A stretch of 64,000 nt of DNA. Origin: Candidatus Woesearchaeota archaeon. Its GTDB lineage: Archaea; Nanobdellota; Nanobdellia; Woesearchaeales; JACPBO01. Below the pieces are notes generated by a model. The model was not told the origin of the DNA and ran no database searches. It saw only the letters and a program-made list of their open reading frames with translations. The DNA lies in NCBI GenBank assembly GCA_030651135.1, contig JAUSCS010000006.1, forward strand, positions 522,160 to 586,159, read 5' to 3'. Numbering within the stretch: the first letter of the stretch is position 1; each line of letters opens with the position of its first letter. A program made the translations under genes and the position numbers. Below, piece after piece: positions 56,262-64,000 of this stretch.

Positions 56262-57800
56262 ATGCAGCAATATGATGTCATTCTGGTAAGCGGGGAATAT
56301 TATGCAGATCATCCGATGTCTGCTGCCGGCATCCTGGTCAGAGTTTTACAAGACAAAGGCTATTCTGTGGCTGTAATTGAAAAGCCGGATTGGAAAACAG
56401 ATAAAGATTTCTTAAAATTCGGCAGGCCTAAATTATTTTTCGGAGTTACTTCCGGCTCAATTGATTCGATGCTGGTTAATTATACCCCTTTGAAAAAATT
56501 AAGGTCTGAAGACAAAAAACACCCGTATTATTCAGGAATCCCTGACAGGGCTGTAATTGTATATTGCAATAAGCTGAGGCAGTTATTTAAGGATTCTGTT
56601 CTGGTGATCGGCGGAATAGAAGCTTCTATGAGGAGATTTACGCATTATGACTATTGGAATAATGGCCTGAGAAAGAGCATATTGTTTGATTCAAGGGCAA
56701 ATATCCTTGTTTATGGAAGCGGGGAATACCAGATAATTGAGATAGCTGATAAGCTAAAACAAGGAAAAAGCATTGAAAATATAGAGGGCACCTGCATTGT
56801 TTCAGATAATGCTCCAAAAGATTTTGAAATAATTCCCTCCTATGAAGAAGCCTCAGAAGACAAAAAAGTTTTCTGCAGGATGCAGCTGATGTTTTCGCAA
56901 AAAAAGAATATTGCGCAAAAAACAGCAGATAAATACGTTTTGCAGTATAAGGCGCACAATTATACAGCTCAGGAATTGGATTACATCTATGGATTAGATT
57001 ATTCAAGGGATATCCCGAAAAAATTCCCGGAATTCAGGATGGCTCAGTTCAGTGTTGTAACCCATCGCGGCTGCATAGGTGATTGCAATTTCTGCTCAAT
57101 TTCCCTGCATCAGGGAAGCAGGATCGTTTCAAGAAGCGAAAAATCAATTTTAGATGAATTGAAAAAAATTACAAAACACAAAGATTTCAAAGGATACATT
57201 GATGATTTTGGCGGGGCTTCCGCAAATATGTACGGCATGGATTGTGTGAAATGCGATAATAGCATTTGTATGAGCTGCAAACATTTAGATAAATCGCATT
57301 CAAGGCTCGTGCATCTTATGAGAGAAGCCAGGAAAATACCCGGGATAAAAAAGATTTTCATAAGATCGGGAATAAGATATGATCTGGCTGTTGAAAGCGA
57401 AGAATATGTAAAAGAATTATCAAAATATCACATAAGCGGATGCTTAAAAATAGCACCGGAGCATTTTTCTGAAAAAGTGCTTAAGCTTATGAACAAATCA
57501 AGCAAAAGTTTTGATAAGTTTAAGCAGATGTTTGATAAATATAATCTGCCTTTAAATCAGTCTTTAAAATACTATTTCATGACAGGGCATCCAGGAAGCA
57601 CTCTTGATGAAGTTGAGGTATTGGCTGCAAAATTAGGCAAACTAAAAAATACAGAAAGCGTTCAATTATTTACGCCAACACCGATGACAGTATCAACATG
57701 TATGTATTATACCGGATTAAATCCCTACACCTTGGAAAAGGTTTACATTCCCTATACTTATAATGAGAAGAAAAAGCAAAAAAATATTCTTTACAGCTAA
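56262..57800 (+). CDS. YgiQ/UPF0313-family radical SAM protein
   Basis: YADHP, GGIEASMRR, RGCIGDCNFCSI, SGIRYD, APEH, FTPTP; start inferred from TATA spacing. Confidence 0.9.
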   Translation: MQQYDVILVSGEYYADHPMSAAGILVRVLQDKGYSVAVIEKPDWKTDKDFLKFGRPKLFFGVTSGSIDSMLVNYTPLKKLRSEDKKHPYYSGIPDRAVIVYCNKLRQLFKDSVLVIGGIEASMRRFTHYDYWNNGLRKSILFDSRANILVYGSGEYQIIEIADKLKQGKSIENIEGTCIVSDNAPKDFEIIPSYEEASEDKKVFCRMQLMFSQKKNIAQKTADKYVLQYKAHNYTAQELDYIYGLDYSRDIPKKFPEFRMAQFSVVTHRGCIGDCNFCSISLHQGSRIVSRSEKSILDELKKITKHKDFKGYIDDFGGASANMYGMDCVKCDNSICMSCKHLDKSHSRLVHLMREARKIPGIKKIFIRSGIRYDLAVESEEYVKELSKYHISGCLKIAPEHFSEKVLKLMNKSSKSFDKFKQMFDKYNLPLNQSLKYYFMTGHPGSTLDEVEVLAAKLGKLKNTESVQLFTPTPMTVSTCMYYTGLNPYTLEKVYIPYTYNEKKKQKNILYS

Positions 57801-57869
57801 AATTTAGGGCTTTTTTATCTAGCCCTGCATTGAAGCTTTCCAAATCCGATTGATGAGCTTTTCTTTACT

Positions 57870-58388
57870 TTACAAAGTCTTTGATACGATCTCTCTCGTT
57901 TTGTTTATCGCTTCTTTGCACATTTCAACCAGTTTATTAAATTTCTCTTTTTCTTTAAAATCCAAATCAGCAGTGTACTGGAAATTCTCCCTTAAGGCGA
58001 TTATATTGCTCTCCTGCCTTTCTTCTATCTTTTCTATCTTTAAGGCATCTATGAACTTTTGGTCAATATCTATTTTCCCTTCCTCTTTAAGCATTTCTAT
58101 TACCGCCAGGGTGCATTCTTGATTTCTTGATGCATAACCAAATTTTATGAGGATGGCCAGGAAACAATGATAGATGCAATAAAAGAATGCTGATACAGAC
58201 CAGTCTGAAAACCCTCCTTTTTCAAGATAAAGGGCAGCTTTTAAGTTATGCTCTGCTTTCGTTATGTGCCTTCTAGCCAATTCATCATCTTTTTCTGTTT
58301 CAACTAGCCCTCTATGCAGATTAGAGTCCTGAAGCTCTTTTTTTGCCTTATCTAAACACCATTTAACCTTATTGGTTGCTTCTGACAT
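57870..58388 (-). CDS. HEPN-domain protein (putative toxin)
   Basis: KAEHNL, AFFYCIYH, SRNQEC, LRENFQY; downstream of an MNT gene. Confidence 0.8.
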   Translation of the reverse strand: MSEATNKVKWCLDKAKKELQDSNLHRGLVETEKDDELARRHITKAEHNLKAALYLEKGGFSDWSVSAFFYCIYHCFLAILIKFGYASRNQECTLAVIEMLKEEGKIDIDQKFIDALKIEKIEERQESNIIALRENFQYTADLDFKEKEKFNKLVEMCKEAINKTREIVSKTL

Positions 58389-58965
58389 TTTTTAGCGCCT
58401 CCACTAATTTACTATATCCGTGCAATACATAACAGGAGCCGATTATATTTAAAATCACTTCATCTCTTCTTTTTAAGCTTGCATTTAAATCCTCGGGAGT
58501 CATCTTTATCACATGGATCGGTCTTGTAGAAATTGTTCTTCTTTCTTTTATTATTTTGTCTATGACGCCATTATCTTCTTTTTTAGCTATCATCAATAAA
58601 TCAATATCATTTGCATTTTTCGGATCATTAACTATGGAGCCGAATATTATTGCAATCTCTGCATGGCCATATAAATCTGTAAACTCGTGCAGCCACCTTG
58701 AAGCCTTTTCCCTTGCTTCATTGATAAGCAGAGTTTCTATAACCCTGAATGCATAATAATCATCTAAATTCGCTTTATAAAATATTGCTTTGCCCATTCT
58801 TTTTCCTGCAATCAGCTTTTGTCTTTCCAGTCTTTTCATTGCCTTAAACGCACCGGCAGAAGTGATCTTTATCTTTTTGGTTATATTATTTGAATTGTAA
58901 TCATTGGAAATATCTTTAACTAAAAGAAGCAATATTTCAATTTCCTTGTCAGCCAGCCCTTTCAT
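58369..58965 (-). CDS. wHTH + minimal nucleotidyltransferase (MNT antitoxin)
   Basis: FGS.......DIDL motif. Confidence 0.82.
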   Translation of the reverse strand: MKGLADKEIEILLLLVKDISNDYNSNNITKKIKITSAGAFKAMKRLERQKLIAGKRMGKAIFYKANLDDYYAFRVIETLLINEAREKASRWLHEFTDLYGHAEIAIIFGSIVNDPKNANDIDLLMIAKKEDNGVIDKIIKERRTISTRPIHVIKMTPEDLNASLKRRDEVILNIIGSCYVLHGYSKLVEALKNVRSNQ

Positions 58966-58966
58966 A

Positions 58967-59007
58967 TTAACTCGTAGTTAGTATATCTTAACTCGCAGTT
59001 AGTATAT
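58967..59007. promoter_or_regulatory. Tandem operator-like repeat TTAACTCGyAGTTAGTATAT (2 copies)
   Basis: Two palindromic TAACT-N3-AGTTA units over the MNT-HEPN promoter. Confidence 0.6.
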
Positions 59008-59095
59008 AAAACTTTCGGTTTTTTGAAGAAATAAATCACATTCCACAATCATCATAAATTATCAAGCTTCTTCTGCTTCTTTTTGCGTCAGATAT

Positions 59096-59656
59096 TCAGG
59101 CATTTATCCCCACCTTCACAAAGTCCATATCGCCTTTAATAAGATTGCCTTTAATAATGTTTCTGATCAATCCAAGCCCAAATTTATGCAGTTCTTGCTG
59201 GTTATGGCAAATAAAGAGCTGTATATTCCTGCTGAGCTTCATTTCATAATTTCCTATCTTCAAGCCCTCTGGATCACCGTAAATAAACAGATCTATATCG
59301 CTGTTCTTGTACCAGTCTGAGCGCGCAAAACTGCCAAAAAGTATGACTGTTTTAGCTTTTCTTAACGAGCTTAAATGATTCAGAAATCCGCTGTCATAAA
59401 GCTTGTTTAATGCGAACAATTTCTTCCTGTTTTTGTAAGCGGGAGACTCATAATTGCCTGTGTAATATGGCATTTTGCCCCTTTCTTTTACTCTTTTAAC
59501 CAGCTTTTCTTTAGTAAACTGTTTAAGCCATCTGTCTGCCTTGCTTCTCGCAAGTTTTGCCTCTTTTAATATCTCTTCAAAATGCCACTCTTTAGTCGGA
59601 TTTTCAAAAAACAATTCAAGAACGTGATCTTCTTTGCTTTTCATAATAGTTCCCAT
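59096..59656 (-). CDS. wHTH + minimal nucleotidyltransferase (orphan MNT)
   Basis: LFGSFARSD....SDIDLFI; palindrome TAGTTCC-N7-GGAACTA at the start. Confidence 0.82.
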   Translation of the reverse strand: MGTIMKSKEDHVLELFFENPTKEWHFEEILKEAKLARSKADRWLKQFTKEKLVKRVKERGKMPYYTGNYESPAYKNRKKLFALNKLYDSGFLNHLSSLRKAKTVILFGSFARSDWYKNSDIDLFIYGDPEGLKIGNYEMKLSRNIQLFICHNQQELHKFGLGLIRNIIKGNLIKGDMDFVKVGINA

Positions 59657-59687
59657 AATAGGAACTAATATTTAAATCTTTCCAAAT

Positions 59688-61037
59688 TCAAGTTTCCAAT
59701 CCCAATCCCCTAACAACCATCTCAGGCTCAAAAACTTTCAGATCATCATACTTCTGCCCAACTCCAATGAACAAGATCGGCTTCTTTGTAATGTAGCTTG
59801 TTGAGATCGCAGCCCCTCCTTTCTCATCAACATCAGCCTTTGTCAGTATTATTCCGTCAATGCCGATTGACTCGTTGAACTGCTTGGCCTGCTCAACAGC
59901 GTCATTTCCTGTTAAGGAATCGCCAACAAATATCTTGAGGTCAGGCTTTGTAACCCTCACAATCTTTTTCATTTCATCCATTAAATTTTCATTGCTGTGC
60001 TGCCTTCCGGCAGTATCTATCAGCACAACATCTTTCTTGTTTGCTCTTGCATGCTGTATTGCATCAAACGCAACAGCAGCTGCATCTGCCCCATAACCGT
60101 GCTTTATCATCCTGACATCAAGCGCTTCGCAGTGCTTCTCCAATTGCTCGATTGCTGCAACCCTGAATGTGTCCGATGCTGCAACAATACAGCTTAAGCC
60201 ATTCTTTTTAAAAAAATTAATCACTTTTGCCAGATTAGTTGTCTTGCCGGCTCCATTCACTCCAAAAAATATCATCACATATGGCTTTTCTTTTTTCTCC
60301 TTTATTTTTTTGATCAAATCAATATTTTCGACCTTGAACAAGTCTTCAATGCTGTTTTTAAGGGTTCTTTTGATTACGTCCTCAATCTTAAATCTGTCAA
60401 TCTTCTTTTCAACAACCTCTTTTTTCATATCGTTCTTTATTTTTTCTATAACTTCAACAGCAACATTATTCTCCAGTAAAACAACCTCAAGATCCCAGAA
60501 CAGCTCATCAAATCTTTCCTCGGAAATAGCTTTCTTAGTTATTGCCTCGGATATTTTCTTGAAAAATCCTTTTTTCTCAGGCTCTTCTTCAATTTCTTTT
60601 TCTTCAGCTTTTGCCTCTTCTTTTATTTCTTCGTGCTCTTTCTCTTCTTCAGTTGGCTCTATTTTTTTAATTTCTTTTTCAGCAGGCTTTTCTTTTATCT
60701 CCTCTTTTTCTTCTGGCTTGGTTTCAGGCTCTTCTTTAGTTTCTTTCTTTTTAGCAAATGTTTCTTTTATTTTCTGAAAAAACGATTTTGGCTTTTCCAA
60801 ATCTGTCATATCTTCGTCTTCAGCCGCTTTCTCTTTTACTTTTAATTCCTCTTTTATTTCCTTTTTTTCAGCCTGTTTTTCTTCTTTTTCAATGCGCTTT
60901 TCTTCGGTTTTTATTTCTTCTTCAGCAGGCTTTTCTTTTATCTCCTCTTTTTCTTCAATCTCTTCTTCAGCCTTTTTGCTGAATATAGAAACAGCCTTCT
61001 GCAGCTTTTCCTTTAGAAATTTAAACATTAAGCTCAC
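59688..61037 (-). CDS. ftsY: Signal recognition particle receptor FtsY
   Basis: Acidic N-region, GVNGAGKTT, DTFR.AA, DTAGR, TKAD. Confidence 0.95.
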   Translation of the reverse strand: MSLMFKFLKEKLQKAVSIFSKKAEEEIEEKEEIKEKPAEEEIKTEEKRIEKEEKQAEKKEIKEELKVKEKAAEDEDMTDLEKPKSFFQKIKETFAKKKETKEEPETKPEEKEEIKEKPAEKEIKKIEPTEEEKEHEEIKEEAKAEEKEIEEEPEKKGFFKKISEAITKKAISEERFDELFWDLEVVLLENNVAVEVIEKIKNDMKKEVVEKKIDRFKIEDVIKRTLKNSIEDLFKVENIDLIKKIKEKKEKPYVMIFFGVNGAGKTTNLAKVINFFKKNGLSCIVAASDTFRVAAIEQLEKHCEALDVRMIKHGYGADAAAVAFDAIQHARANKKDVVLIDTAGRQHSNENLMDEMKKIVRVTKPDLKIFVGDSLTGNDAVEQAKQFNESIGIDGIILTKADVDEKGGAAISTSYITKKPILFIGVGQKYDDLKVFEPEMVVRGLGLET

Positions 61038-61462
61038 TCTTTGGATTCTTTTACAAGATCTTGCAGCTCATCATCCAGCTGCTGCACCCTTTCGCCAGCC
61101 ATCTGCAGATTAGCCAGCATTTCCTGCTGAACAGCATTCATCTGCCCTAATTGGTCGCTTAATAATGTTTTAACGTCATCTATTGGCTTTTTAATAACAA
61201 CTCCTGCACCAACATTGACAAGTACATCCTCGCTGTCCAATAACTTTGCTTTTGCAAAAACACCGCCTGTAATGGGAACAAACAGATCATTCTCTTTCCC
61301 TATCTTTTTAAAATCATCAAGATTGCCAATAGTATTGTTTAGTTCAATGCCCTGCTGCATTATCATCTGCAGCTGCTCCTGCAGCTTTTTAAACTGCTCA
61401 TTCATCAGCTGGAACTCCATATATTTCTCTTTCAGCTCCTTCTGTTTTTCATTCTTCTCCAA
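61034..61462 (-). CDS. pfdA: Prefoldin alpha subunit
   Basis: Coiled coils flanking VPI.GG.F..A......VLVNVGAG; upstream of ftsY. Confidence 0.9.
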   Translation of the reverse strand: MEKNEKQKELKEKYMEFQLMNEQFKKLQEQLQMIMQQGIELNNTIGNLDDFKKIGKENDLFVPITGGVFAKAKLLDSEDVLVNVGAGVVIKKPIDDVKTLLSDQLGQMNAVQQEMLANLQMAGERVQQLDDELQDLVKESKE

Positions 61463-61520
61463 TTAAACCACCAAGAAGCAGGAAGATATGTTTATTTATA
61501 AGTTTATTGATTATTAAGAA

Positions 61521-62285
61521 TCAAATCATCCCAAGCTCTTTATCCGCCTGTCTTTGCGTCCTCAACAGCTCAACTTCAATCTCCCCGAAATGCTCGTACT
61601 GCCAAAGGTCTATTTTCCTCTGGTGAGTCAGATGAAGCAGCGGAATAAATGTATATACTTTGTCTTCCTTGCTTTGCGAAGGCACAAGATTCGAGAATGT
61701 CAGCTTTGATCTTTTATGAAATACAAAGAAATCCTTGATCTTCCTGTAAACATCCCTTACAACAAGAGTCATATCAACGCCCTTTTTAGGGATTTCAAAA
61801 TCAGTTACAGGCATTCTGCTCAGAACCCTTCTTCTTTTGACTTCCAATGCCTGTTCTAATGCGCCCACAAGGTCATAAATCGAAACCTTTCTTTTCCTTG
61901 GCTGCGGAGTCCTTGGAATCAGCTTTGCCTTTTCAGCATCCGGCTCCCCTCTTGTTTCCTCCAGCACATCAAGGAATGCCTCATCATCGCCCTGCTCGCT
62001 TACTGAAATCAGCCGGTCTAATACATCTAAATCTTCTCCAACTAAGCGGTTTGACTTTATTTTAAGAAGTATGGCGGCAGCAAGCAGCACTTTCCCGGAA
62101 ATCCTGAAATCCATTTGCTTTAGCTGTTTGACCAGCCCTATGTATTTCTGGGTCAGAAGCGAAATATCAATGTCCCAGGGGTCCATCTGCTCTGTCCTGA
62201 CAAGATCATAAAGAATCGTCTGCCATGTCAACTCATCTTCTTCGACGATCATCTTGAAGATACTCTCGTTGTTTGGCATTTTCAC
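61521..62285 (-). CDS. scpA: Kleisin ScpA (segregation and condensation protein A)
   Basis: MDPWDIDI, SG..LL.AAILL..KS, FIPLLHL....IDL.Q...FGEI. Confidence 0.9.
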   Translation of the reverse strand: MKMPNNESIFKMIVEEDELTWQTILYDLVRTEQMDPWDIDISLLTQKYIGLVKQLKQMDFRISGKVLLAAAILLKIKSNRLVGEDLDVLDRLISVSEQGDDEAFLDVLEETRGEPDAEKAKLIPRTPQPRKRKVSIYDLVGALEQALEVKRRRVLSRMPVTDFEIPKKGVDMTLVVRDVYRKIKDFFVFHKRSKLTFSNLVPSQSKEDKVYTFIPLLHLTHQRKIDLWQYEHFGEIEVELLRTQRQADKELGMI

Positions 62286-62332
62286 CTTTTTTAATTTTAA
62301 TTTTATTCAAAGTTTATAAGGTTTTTGATATG

Positions 62333-62456
62333 TCGGAAATATCATCAGTCTTTTACTGATATATTTCCGAGCATGCTCAAAAACCACTTCAATGTAAGGT
62401 ATGGCTTAAAGGCGTACTGCACAATATGCCACCCGTCTGTAAGAGGTGGTTTTTGA
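62333..62456. other. Two adjacent long hairpins in the intergenic region
   Basis: TCGGAAATAT-C-ATCAGT/ACTGAT-ATATTTCCGA; TCAAAAACCACTTC/GAGGTGGTTTTTGA. Confidence 0.55.
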
Positions 62457-62493
62457 TAAAGTTTAAATATCATTCAAGAAATCTCCATATTAT

Positions 62494-62566
62494 GGGCTCA
62501 TAGTTCAGTGGCTAGAACGTCGCCCTTACAAGGCGAAGGTCGCCGGTTCGAGTCCGGTTGGGCCCA
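62494..62566 (+). tRNA. tRNA-Val(TAC)
   Basis: GGGCTCA/TGGGCCC, CGCC-CT-TAC-AA-GGCG, TTCGAGT T-loop. Confidence 0.93.
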
Positions 62567-62569
62567 TTT

Positions 62570-62641
62570 GCGCCAGTGATCTAGTGGCTATGATAGGGCC
62601 TTGCCAAGGCTCTCACCCGAGTTCGACTCTCGGCTGGCGCA
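62570..62641 (+). tRNA. tRNA-Gly(GCC)
   Basis: GCGCCAG/CTGGCGC, GGGCC-TT-GCC-AA-GGCTC. Confidence 0.93.
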
Positions 62642-62690
62642 TTTTTTAAAGCACAAATTTTATAAACAGATTGGCAATAATCATTCTCAA

Positions 62691-62874
62691 GAGTCCGTAG
62701 CTCAGTCTGGTTAGAGCGCCGTGTTTAAGAAATATCTTAAACGCGTAAGTCTTATATGAGATTTTTGGACGCAATGCGAAAATCCAAAAATTCTCTAAGC
62801 CAGCCGGCGGTCTGGGGTTCAAATATCCCGGAGGGAACCAAATTCCTCGGGATTTGAAAGTCCCTGCGGACTCA
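62691..62874 (+). tRNA. tRNA-Ile(TAT) with three introns (62722..62748, 62757..62801, 62824..62860)
   Basis: GAGTCCG/CGGACTC; after removing three BHB-bounded introns the anticodon arm is CCGGT-CT-TAT-AA-GCCGG. Confidence 0.85.
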
Positions 62875-62877
62875 TAT

Positions 62878-62955
62878 GCCCCCATGGTGTAGTCCGGCCA
62901 ATCATTCGGCCTTTTCGAGGCTGAGACACGGGTTCGAATCCCGTTGGGGGCACCA
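62878..62955 (+). tRNA. tRNA-Glu(TTC), CCA encoded
   Basis: GCCCCCA/TGGGGGC-ACCA, CGGCC-TT-TTC-GA-GGCTG. Confidence 0.93.
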
Positions 62956-62963
62956 TTTTCAAC

Positions 62964-63722
62964 ATGAAACCAAAAAACGCAGCAGTTGTTTACCATTTTA
63001 AAGACAAATCTTTCAAATCAATCTGCAATGTTCTGAAGAAAAACAACATAAAATTCAGCATTTTCTCAAGAGAAAACTTGAATGAAAACAGTTTTAAAAA
63101 TAAGGATATGGTTATTGCACTAGGCGGCGACGGAACGTTTTTAAGGGCATCGCATTTCATTGTAAATTCCACCATAATGGGCGTTAACGCAGATCCCAAA
63201 AATAAAGAAGGATTTTTCATGTGCTGCAGCATTAAGGGCTTTGAAAATAAATTCAGAAGTATTTTACAGAATAAATTTAAAAAAATAAAACTGAACAGGC
63301 TTGAACTTAAAATAAACAATGAAAAAATAAGCACTCCGGCGTTAAACGAAGTTTACATCGGTTCTGCCAAAGCATACCATACATCAAATTACGAGCTTTC
63401 AGTTGACGGTAAAAAAGAGATTCAAAAAAGCTCAGGCATTTTGGTTGCAGCAGCTGCAGGAAGCACAGCATGGATCAAAAGCTCAGGCGGCAAAAAACTA
63501 ATCTTAAATTCTAAAAAGATGCAATATCTTATTAGAGAGCCTTACAGCGGCAGAATTTATAAATTTAGCCTTAAAAAAGGATTTGCCAGCAAAATAAAAA
63601 TAAAGGCATTAAAACGCGATCTTGTTGTTGTTATTGATTCTTTGACAGAAGAGCATTCATTGAAAAAAGGAAGTTCTGCAGAAATTTCAGCATCCAACAG
63701 ACCTTTAACAATAATAAAATAA
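62964..63722 (+). CDS. nadK: NAD kinase
   Basis: GGDGTFL, LNE, GST AW..S.GG. Confidence 0.88.
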   Translation: MKPKNAAVVYHFKDKSFKSICNVLKKNNIKFSIFSRENLNENSFKNKDMVIALGGDGTFLRASHFIVNSTIMGVNADPKNKEGFFMCCSIKGFENKFRSILQNKFKKIKLNRLELKINNEKISTPALNEVYIGSAKAYHTSNYELSVDGKKEIQKSSGILVAAAAGSTAWIKSSGGKKLILNSKKMQYLIREPYSGRIYKFSLKKGFASKIKIKALKRDLVVVIDSLTEEHSLKKGSSAEISASNRPLTIIK

Positions 63723-64000
63723 GTGGGAAGACGCACCAGAGAATTGACATAAAAATTGACCATCAGTTACCTTGAACTTTTCTTAACTCCGCTACCCTTT
63801 GAGCACCGATATCAAAGCTTAAGGCTGCCTAATGTAAGCTTTTGGCTTATTTCATTCCTGATCTGACCTCTTTCACTAAGACACCAATCCCGAAGGACAG
63901 AGTCTCATTGTCCAGCTCAAGACCAATAGCCAAAATATATGCCGTTCCTCTGATTTCAGCTCCGTCTAAAGCGTGTTTACGGTAACAGGAGAGCGCTAAC

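Noticed and set aside
60560-60990. Glu/Lys-rich repeats such as EEKEEIKEKPAE twice
   Set aside because: Ordinary low-complexity acidic N-terminal region of FtsY
62646-62996. 116-aa minus-strand ORF
   Set aside because: Antisense to tRNA-Ile and tRNA-Glu; spurious

Overview
AT-rich archaeal chromosome segment, most likely from a DPANN archaeon of the Woesearchaeota type. That placement is an inference from aIF2-alpha/Nop10/rpl44e/rps27e, GINS, ABCE1, archease-RtcB, a short AlaRS and mostly leaderless genes with a TATA box about 25 nt upstream. Housekeeping genes (dhs, tatD, rtcB, sua5, pyrG, ABCE1, trmI, alaS, eno, gpmA, ftsY, pfdA, scpA, NAD kinase) are interspersed with small accessory cassettes. 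Eight tRNA genes are visible. Four carry BHB-type introns, mostly at non-canonical positions, including a tRNA-Ile(UAU) with three introns. Main observations: (1) two free-standing LAGLIDADG endonuclease genes are each sandwiched between tRNA sequences; one is followed by an orphan 3' tRNA half with compensatory changes, and the other reads through tRNA-Cys and stops inside its intron; (2) four TrmB-family regulators are each divergently paired with an unusual cargo (two paralogous CxxxCxKC radical SAM enzymes, one of them in an operon with HAD and phosphohistidine-domain genes; an AlaRS catalytic-domain paralogue; a degenerate HPr-kinase-like protein); (3) a 248-nt highly branched fold-back element lies upstream of tRNA-Val; (4) an iron-uptake cassette is flanked by a duplicated rtcB 3' end; (5) a candidate leader peptide or attenuator precedes the dhs-decarboxylase operon. 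All family calls come from motif recognition by eye; no database search was run.
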